In this document: positions 56,907 to 64,000 of the stretch, one piece after another
How the letters are laid out: each line of letters starts with the position of its first letter
How positions within the stretch are numbered: position 1 is the first letter of the stretch
IMG/VR virus record: IMGVR_UViG_3300030616_000250
Span: 1-64,000 of that record
Length of the DNA stretch: 64,000 nucleotides
Direction: 5' to 3' (one strand)
DNA from: a virus
Position numbers and translations under genes: made by a program
The notes under the pieces: generated by a model
Databases searched by the model: none
What the model was told of the DNA's origin: nothing
The model's input: only the letters and a program-made list of their open reading frames with translations

Positions 56907-59900
56907 TGGGAATCTTTGACGAATTTGACAAGGAATTTGGCTTTACCACAACCGAACCATCTGAGGATATGTTTTCTCAGTTTGATAAGGAATTTGGTTT
57001 TACGGAAGAACCCACCGCTGCACCTGCCATACAGACAGAAATGCCTTTGGAGCCCGCCACGGAAACTACCCAAATAGGCACTACTGCTATTCAACCCGCA
57101 GAACCCATAGAGCCGGAACCACGTATATTTGCACCGGACACCGGACAGCAAATAGCGGAAGAGATATTTACCGGAAAGGGAGCAGAATTAGAGGAGCCGG
57201 AACCAACGCCGGGAATACAACCTATCAGGAGTCTTATAGAAGGGGTAAAGCAAGTTCCCCGCCAATTAGCTCAGTATATGAAGGGTTCGGCATTGGCAAG
57301 CAAGGGTGAATCTGAAAAATATCTTGAAGACTCAAAGCGCAAGGCAAAGGAATATAAAAAGAAAGCCGATGAATTCAGGGCAAAGGGAGACGAAAAATCT
57401 GCAAGCGCATGGGATAGGTTCGCACGGATACAGGAAGACGAGGTTAAAAAACATACAAGCGACATAGGCGTGTTTAAGGAAATAGACAAAGCCTCTAATT
57501 ATGTAGTTGAAGCCTATCAACCAGACCCGGAATTTAAGAAAGCAACCGGATTAAAAGGATATGTTCAGGATGTGATTATGATAGCCCCGCAGATAACTAC
57601 ACAAATTGCAGCAACGGCAGCGGGAGGGCCAGCCGCAGGCGTAGCATTTATGGGAGGTCAAATAGCAGGCGGTAAATATGAGCAACTTGTAGAACAGGGT
57701 GTAGAGCCCGAAAGGGCTTTAGCTGCGGGAATAACCGATGCTGTTCTACAGGCACCTCTTGAACAAATAGGTATCGGTAAGGTAATGAGCGTGTGGAAGC
57801 CGGGAAAAACTGCTTCAAAAGTATTAAAGGAAATTGTTGAGGCCGGGGGAACGGAATTTGTTACCGAATGGCTACAAGCCTATCCCGAAGCAATAACGGA
57901 AATATGGGCAAAGTCAAAAGGTAAATCTAATCAGGAAAGAGCCGAACAGTTTGTAGGTGATTTCTGGGAAGTTACAAAGAACGGATTGTATCAGGGGTTA
58001 GTGGCATTTCCTTTGGGGGCAGCCGGGGCAGGAGGAGGAGCAGCGGTTACAGCACAAACACAACGACAGGAAGCGTTAAAGAGGGGTGATATTGTTCCCG
58101 AAGGTTTCGTCAAAACCGAAGAGGGCAAAGTAGTCAGAAAAGAATTCGTTGAAAAAGGACTACCCGCCTTAGAAGAAGAAGTCAAAGCAGTATCACCGGA
58201 GGAGCGCAGGGTAAGAGAGGAAAAGTACGAAGCTGAAAAAGCCGCAGAAAAGGCACCCCCGATAACAGAAGAAGAAAAGCCGATAGTTAAAAAGTTTGAG
58301 CCCTATAAGCCCACAGAAGAAGAACTCGCAAAGCTTCCGAAGCCACCCCCTATTGAAAAAACAGGCATTAAAGAAATGCCAAAGGAGCCACCTAAACCCG
58401 CACCAAAAAAAGAAACACTCCCCCCACTGAAAGAGGAGATAGAATCAAAGCCACTCTATCGTGGTGGAATATCTTTTGAAACAGAAAGACCCGGAATACA
58501 CCTTACTCCAGAAAAAACAACCGCAGAGGAGTTTGCCAAAAGAACAAAGGGGAAAGTTGAAACATACAATGTTGATATCAAGAACCCGCTTAGAACTGAG
58601 GATAGACAAACAGCTTTAGAGGAAGTGTTTGATAAGCAAAAAGCAAAAGATATTATTCTCGGTGAATATTCAAAATATCCAGATGCTAAGAAAATATATG
58701 ATGAGATGGGCGATCAGTTTGACGAATCGTTGCTTGAGGAAAAGTTATTAATACCCGCGTTAAAGAAAAAAGGGTATGATGGACTTATATTAGAAGTTGG
58801 ACAGAATGAAAAACCAGAAGTGGTAGTTTTTTCTAAAGAACAACTGACACCCGTAAAACCACTGAAAGAGGAGATAAAAGAAGCGATTGAACCTGAGAAG
58901 CCTGTAGGAGAAAAGGATGTTACACGTTATATTAGCGACAAACACAAGGATACTGAGTTTTTGTTGCATCCGTCTACTGAGAAAGTTGGCAATTGGCAAG
59001 TAACACAAATGAAAGATGGTGATCCACACGGACACACCATATACCCATCTAAACAAGAAGCTATAGATGCTATTCATGGCAAGGGAAAAGAGCCTGAAAT
59101 TTGGGGAGATGATTCGTGGAAAATAGCAGAAGTAGTCAAACCCAAAGCACCCGAGAAGCCCGTGGAGAAGCCGGAGAAGGCAAAAGAACCTGAAAAGCCG
59201 TTGTTGGCGAAAGGGTTACAAAAATATCCTAATGAGATATACGAAGCAATTGAAACATCAACAGGCGCAAGGTTCACGAAAAAGGAAATAGATTCATGGG
59301 ACTTTGACGAAGTTAGGAGAGATGCGGAACCGGGTTTGGAGGGTGGAAGGGATGAATTTAATAAGCTTGTTGGAAAAGCACCGAAAGAAGAAAAGGTAGA
59401 TATTAAGAGAAAACAATACAAAAACAAATTAGTGAGCAATGTAATAAAGGAACACGGGACAACGGAAAATGTTGGAGATATTGGCTTTATATTAACTGAT
59501 GGAAGGGCAGTTAAAAGTGAACAACGGGGTATAGACCATAGGCAAATGGCATTAGACGCATTGCCTGAAGATACAAAAATTACAGAACCCGGAGAAGCCC
59601 TTGATGAATTTTTAGATAAAACAGAAAGCATAAGAGTATTAAATGCAGGAAAGGCATTAAATATAGATATTCGCACTGAACCCACCGACCAACAATTAAA
59701 TAAAATAGAAAAATTAGCTGATATAGCAAAAGAAATATATGTTGATATAAGCGAAGGCAAAAGGAAAGACTCTGGTTCGTTTAATAATAAAAGAGAATTT
59801 TTAAAGTTCGTGAATTCTTTTTATAGAGGAGAAGGGTATAGACCACCTTCACTTGCACAACAATATCATTTAAAGAAACAAATAGCCCCTACTACTTTCA

Positions 59901-62900
59901 AAGAGTCTCTCACTGAAGTAGAAAAGAAAGTTTCCCCCGAACTATGGAAACGTAGTAAAATTACCTTTGCCGAACACTACGGCAACAAAGGACAGTACAC
60001 TCTCAAAAAAGGAGACAAGGGAGCTATATGGTATGACAAGGGACGGTTTAACATAGTAATCAATCCCGCCAATACCGCACAGGAAACAGCAACTACACTC
60101 TTCCACGAAATAGCAGGACACGCAGGGGCGGCGAATGTTCTAAAGCAGAATCCTACTATAGCAAAAAGGATGAATTCCCTATATAAGCTGCAGAAAGACA
60201 GTGACCTTGTAAAAAAAATCCGTGAAGCCTATAAAGAAGAAATGGCAAAAGACCCCACCAAAGCCGAGGACTTGGTATACTCAGAATGGATAGCCTCTAA
60301 CGTAGAACAGCACCTTGCCAATCCCAAGAAGCAGGGAGTAGCCTATCAGGTATGGAAGCATATTAAGAAGTTTCTTATCGACTTAGGAGTAGCGAAAGAC
60401 AGCGTAGATGACGTTATAAACAGTATGGTAGGAGAGATACGAAAGGTTAAGGGGATTAAGGGAGAGGTAGCGGCGACGGTTGAATTGGCAAAAGATATTG
60501 AAAAGGCAAAGCCCAAGACAGAAACACCTGAGTTTAAAAAGTGGTTTGGGGAATCAAAGGTTAAGGATGAAAAGGGAAAGCCTTTGGTTGTATATCATGG
60601 GACAGATGAAGATTTTGATGTTTTTGACAAGAATTTAAGAGGAAAAAATTTTGGCGACACAAAATCTAAGAAGGGTTGGTTTTTTACAGAGACAAAAGAA
60701 ATGGCAAAGTCTTACGGGGAAAAACAAATTCCATTATATTTAAGCGTAAAAAACCCACTTAAAATAGACGCAAAAAAAGTTCTAAAAACAGAGCGTGACT
60801 ATTTGATTAAAAAGGGTGAGTTTGATGGAAGCTTTGATAAATTTGTGAAAGATTTTTTAGGTGAATTTGGCCCCTACGGATATGTTGAGCAAGCAATAAA
60901 TAGCTACGTGGATTCCGCTATTGATGACAACAAAGATGGTGTTATTATTGATTTTGGTGATTTAGAAGACCCTGATTTTGGTAAACTTAAAAAGGTTATA
61001 ATTGCCTTTGAACCCACTCAAATAAAATCCGCAATAGGAAATGTGGGAACTTTCAAAGAAACTGAACCAAGCATTTTAAAAAAGAAAAAAATTAAAAAAC
61101 CTATCAAGAGAAGAAAACCGAAACCCAAACCCACCCCAGAACCTACAACTATGCTTGCAAAGGATATATCTACCAATAAAGTACCGGAAGAAACATTCTC
61201 TGAGAGATTTGTTCAAAAGTGGGTAGATAAACGATACCGACTAAAGGTTCTGCAAGACATAATTACTCCTGATATTAGTGAGGATATGGATACTTATACA
61301 AAGGCGGAGTTAATAGATAGCAAGATAGAATCAATGCTTGATGAGTTTGAAGATAATCACTTTAAACCTCTTAGAGAAAAACTTGTCAAAGCAGACATTC
61401 CCTTAGAGAAGTTTGAAGAATATCTGTATGCGAGACATGCGAAAGAGCGGAACGCTTATATCAATAAAATCAATCCCGAATTCAGGGAAAAAGATATAGC
61501 AGGCTCAGGAATGGAAGATGTCGAAGCCGATGCCATATTATCAGAAGTAAAAAAATCAGAAAAAGCAAACCAGTATAATGAGCTTGGAAAAATAGTTGAT
61601 GATATTACTTCTCGCATAAGAAGAGTGCTTTTTGATGCAGGGCTTATTGATGCAGAAACTAAAAAAGCTTGGGAGAATTATAAATATTATGTTCCGTTAA
61701 GAGGTATAGGTGAAGAAGAAACACGCATGAAAGTGGGGCGTGGTTTTGATATACGAGGAAAGGAATCAAAAAGGGCATTAGGAAGAAAGTCTAAAGCAAG
61801 AAACATTTTGTCTCATCTTGTAATTCAAATGAATGAAGCTATTGTAAGAGCCAACAAAAACAAGGTGGGGCAAGTATTTCTAAGATATGTCCGTGAAAAT
61901 CCCAATCCTGATTTGTGGGAAATAGATGAAGTTCAGATAAAACCAAAATTTAACGAGAACACGGGCGAAGTTGAGTACAAGGAAGAAAAGGTAAGGGTAT
62001 ATAAAGACCCTAAAACGGGCAAGCTTATTGAACCTATGTCGGTTAAGGTCGATGGTAAGGAATATCATATCACCATAAAGAATTTAGGGCTTGCCAAAGC
62101 TATGGTGAACATGGGCGCAGAAAAAGCTAACATAGTAGTACAAGTAACGGGATATGTAAATAGATATCTTGCCATGGTGAACACTTCTCTGTCGGCGGGG
62201 TTTATACCTACTAACTTTGGTAGAGATATACAAACAGCACTAATAAATATAGCGGGTGAAAAAGAATTGTCTCTTAAAGAATCTATTAGTGTAGGGAAGG
62301 ATATTGCTAAAAACTCAATAGTAAAAGCTATGCCCGCGGTGTGGAGTGTTGAGCGTGGAGGAAAAGAATCGGAATGGACTCAATGGTATAGAGAATTTAA
62401 ACAAGAAGGGGGAAAGATAGGCTTTTTTGGTTTAAGGGGTATTGATAGAGTACAAAAAGAACTTGTGCAGGAAATATCATTGCTTAAACCAGGAAATAAA
62501 AATCAGATAAGAAAATATGCAAGAGCGTTAAAACATTTTGTATTAAATGCAAACGAAGCAGTTGAAAATGGTACTCGATTAGCTACATACGTAGCCATGA
62601 GAAAGCGTGGGGTATCTAAACAGAGAGCGGCAAGTATAGCTAAGAACATCACAGTAAATTTTAATAAAAAGGGTGAATATGGGGCTATGATGAATGCTTT
62701 TTACATCTTCTCTAATGCAAGCGTACAAGGTGTGGCGAGACTTTATAGAGCAATAAAACACCCAAGAGTGCGAAAGATAGTAGGTAGCATTACGGTAGGC
62801 TCATTTCTTTTAGCTCAAATGAACCGCTGGCTTGCAGGCGAAGATGACGATGACGAGAACTATTATGATAAGATACCGGACTGGATAAAAGAAAACAATA

Positions 62901-63889
62901 TCATCATAATGAGACCGGGAATTAAGACGCTTGACAAGGATGGTTTTTTAAACAGTATACATTATTTTAAGTTTCCCGTTCCTTATGGTTATAATATTTT
63001 TCATGCTTTGGGACAGGCGACAGATAAAGCTGTTCACAATAGAAATAAAGATAGTTTGCTTGAATCTGCGGCTATGGTAGGAAGTGCAATAGGGAATGCC
63101 TTTAATCCACTTGGAAGTTCGGCTTCGTGGCTTCAAACAATTACCCCAACAATAGGTAGGTGGGCAACAGACCTTTCTCTTAACAAGAATTTCTTTGGTG
63201 CGCCTATAATGAAGGAAGAAAAGTTCGGTGTGCCTAAAGCAAAAGCACATCAATATTTTAAATCTACTTCCGAACAAAGCAAGCAGATAGCTCAGACTTT
63301 AAACGATCTTACAGGTGGTTCAAAATATCAACCGGGAATGATAGATATTTCACCAGATTTAATGGATTATGTAGCTGAATATTTTACGGGCAGTGCAGGG
63401 AGACAGATTAATCAGCTAATTAGTGTAGCAAGCAAAGTCGCAACAAAGAAAGAAGTTTCTGTTCGTTCTATCCCTGTAGTGAGAAGATTTCTTGGTGAAG
63501 TGCCTGAGTTTCAAAACGTACAAACCTTCTATGAACACTCTGACAAGCTAAAGGCTATACGTGCCGATTACAAGGAATATCTCAAAACCAATCCAAGAAA
63601 AGCAGCGGAAATCAGAGAAAAACAGAAGCCCAAACTAAGGGTGACAATGAAGCAGCCGTTCTCTCCACAGTTTCTTAGAGTGGCTTATCCTAATTATTAT
63701 GCCTCACTTAAACAGAAAAGGACTATACGCTCAACCGAATTAAACATCATGCAGAAGGAGTTAAAAGAACTTAACAAGAGAAAAAAGCGTTTCGACGAAC
63801 TCGGTAATCTCAGAAAGAAAAAGGAATACGAAGACAAAATACAAGCTACTGTTAAACAATTTAACAAACGACTTGGAGGACTAAAATGA
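56906..63889 (+). CDS. Giant polyvalent internal virion protein (2327 aa): two ART-like domains, zincin-like HExxxH, C-terminal LPD38-like region
   Basis: LYRG..GIHLT..KNP..GYDGLI; TPEFKKWFG..VYHGT..GWFFT..PTQIKSAIGNVGTF; LFHEIAGH; YLYARHAKERN, YVPL, NFGRD, IPDWIKENN..FPVPYG. Confidence 0.8.
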   Translation: MGIFDEFDKEFGFTTTEPSEDMFSQFDKEFGFTEEPTAAPAIQTEMPLEPATETTQIGTTAIQPAEPIEPEPRIFAPDTGQQIAEEIFTGKGAELEEPEPTPGIQPIRSLIEGVKQVPRQLAQYMKGSALASKGESEKYLEDSKRKAKEYKKKADEFRAKGDEKSASAWDRFARIQEDEVKKHTSDIGVFKEIDKASNYVVEAYQPDPEFKKATGLKGYVQDVIMIAPQITTQIAATAAGGPAAGVAFMGGQIAGGKYEQLVEQGVEPERALAAGITDAVLQAPLEQIGIGKVMSVWKPGKTASKVLKEIVEAGGTEFVTEWLQAYPEAITEIWAKSKGKSNQERAEQFVGDFWEVTKNGLYQGLVAFPLGAAGAGGGAAVTAQTQRQEALKRGDIVPEGFVKTEEGKVVRKEFVEKGLPALEEEVKAVSPEERRVREEKYEAEKAAEKAPPITEEEKPIVKKFEPYKPTEEELAKLPKPPPIEKTGIKEMPKEPPKPAPKKETLPPLKEEIESKPLYRGGISFETERPGIHLTPEKTTAEEFAKRTKGKVETYNVDIKNPLRTEDRQTALEEVFDKQKAKDIILGEYSKYPDAKKIYDEMGDQFDESLLEEKLLIPALKKKGYDGLILEVGQNEKPEVVVFSKEQLTPVKPLKEEIKEAIEPEKPVGEKDVTRYISDKHKDTEFLLHPSTEKVGNWQVTQMKDGDPHGHTIYPSKQEAIDAIHGKGKEPEIWGDDSWKIAEVVKPKAPEKPVEKPEKAKEPEKPLLAKGLQKYPNEIYEAIETSTGARFTKKEIDSWDFDEVRRDAEPGLEGGRDEFNKLVGKAPKEEKVDIKRKQYKNKLVSNVIKEHGTTENVGDIGFILTDGRAVKSEQRGIDHRQMALDALPEDTKITEPGEALDEFLDKTESIRVLNAGKALNIDIRTEPTDQQLNKIEKLADIAKEIYVDISEGKRKDSGSFNNKREFLKFVNSFYRGEGYRPPSLAQQYHLKKQIAPTTFKESLTEVEKKVSPELWKRSKITFAEHYGNKGQYTLKKGDKGAIWYDKGRFNIVINPANTAQETATTLFHEIAGHAGAANVLKQNPTIAKRMNSLYKLQKDSDLVKKIREAYKEEMAKDPTKAEDLVYSEWIASNVEQHLANPKKQGVAYQVWKHIKKFLIDLGVAKDSVDDVINSMVGEIRKVKGIKGEVAATVELAKDIEKAKPKTETPEFKKWFGESKVKDEKGKPLVVYHGTDEDFDVFDKNLRGKNFGDTKSKKGWFFTETKEMAKSYGEKQIPLYLSVKNPLKIDAKKVLKTERDYLIKKGEFDGSFDKFVKDFLGEFGPYGYVEQAINSYVDSAIDDNKDGVIIDFGDLEDPDFGKLKKVIIAFEPTQIKSAIGNVGTFKETEPSILKKKKIKKPIKRRKPKPKPTPEPTTMLAKDISTNKVPEETFSERFVQKWVDKRYRLKVLQDIITPDISEDMDTYTKAELIDSKIESMLDEFEDNHFKPLREKLVKADIPLEKFEEYLYARHAKERNAYINKINPEFREKDIAGSGMEDVEADAILSEVKKSEKANQYNELGKIVDDITSRIRRVLFDAGLIDAETKKAWENYKYYVPLRGIGEEETRMKVGRGFDIRGKESKRALGRKSKARNILSHLVIQMNEAIVRANKNKVGQVFLRYVRENPNPDLWEIDEVQIKPKFNENTGEVEYKEEKVRVYKDPKTGKLIEPMSVKVDGKEYHITIKNLGLAKAMVNMGAEKANIVVQVTGYVNRYLAMVNTSLSAGFIPTNFGRDIQTALINIAGEKELSLKESISVGKDIAKNSIVKAMPAVWSVERGGKESEWTQWYREFKQEGGKIGFFGLRGIDRVQKELVQEISLLKPGNKNQIRKYARALKHFVLNANEAVENGTRLATYVAMRKRGVSKQRAASIAKNITVNFNKKGEYGAMMNAFYIFSNASVQGVARLYRAIKHPRVRKIVGSITVGSFLLAQMNRWLAGEDDDDENYYDKIPDWIKENNIIIMRPGIKTLDKDGFLNSIHYFKFPVPYGYNIFHALGQATDKAVHNRNKDSLLESAAMVGSAIGNAFNPLGSSASWLQTITPTIGRWATDLSLNKNFFGAPIMKEEKFGVPKAKAHQYFKSTSEQSKQIAQTLNDLTGGSKYQPGMIDISPDLMDYVAEYFTGSAGRQINQLISVASKVATKKEVSVRSIPVVRRFLGEVPEFQNVQTFYEHSDKLKAIRADYKEYLKTNPRKAAEIREKQKPKLRVTMKQPFSPQFLRVAYPNYYASLKQKRTIRSTELNIMQKELKELNKRKKRFDELGNLRKKKEYEDKIQATVKQFNKRLGGLK

Positions 63890-64000
63890 AACTCATTAAA
63901 GACTGGGCTACTGTATTTATTACTATTACAGTAATCGGTGGTGGGGTGGTATTCGGGTACGGCTCGCTAAACTCACGGGTAAAAGCTGCGGAAATACAAA
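63886..64000 (+). CDS. Partial membrane protein (possible start of lysis module)
   Basis: MKLIKDWATVFITITVIGGGVVFGYG...; RBS GGAGG; runs off the window. Confidence 0.45.
   Translation, partial: MKLIKDWATVFITITVIGGGVVFGYGSLNSRVKAAEIQ

Noticed and set aside
59074-59760. 228-aa minus-strand ORF and other long antisense ORFs in the structural region
   Set aside because: Fully nested opposite strong plus-strand genes, with Ser/Phe/Leu-rich composition typical of antisense shadows.
1-64000. Alternative genetic code (stop-codon reassignment)
   Set aside because: Standard-code ORFs tile the window densely, and TAA, TAG and TGA all end coupled genes.

Overview
64 kb of a tailed dsDNA bacteriophage, apparently podovirus-type, with almost all genes on the + strand and tightly coupled. 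Layout: accessory genes (two radical SAM proteins, HNH/AP2 nucleases, a tRNA-shaped RNA; 1-6.4 kb); terminase small and large subunits (6.4-9.0 kb); a ~24 kb glycan biosynthesis and decoration region between terminase and portal (about 8 glycosyltransferases, 5 SAM methyltransferases, 2 sulfotransferases, a WbpB/WbpE/WbpD-like amino-sugar set, an epimerase, 2 HxGH nucleotidyltransferases, GDPD and LicD; 10.9-34.8 kb); then a sigma70-type promoter followed by portal, scaffold, major capsid, adaptor/nozzle, tail-fibre genes and ejection proteins, ending in a 2327-aa polyvalent LPD38-like protein. The most unexpected signal is what looks like an integron-like cassette-capture system inside the glycan region. 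Three dispersed 52-bp attC-like sites share covarying stems. Two appear occupied by reverse-oriented cassettes that carry their own attC-like hairpins, and one appears empty. A third cassette (TrmH methyltransferase with a 59-bp attC-like element) lies nearby. No integrase is visible in the window. All assignments come from manual motif reading; no database searches were run.
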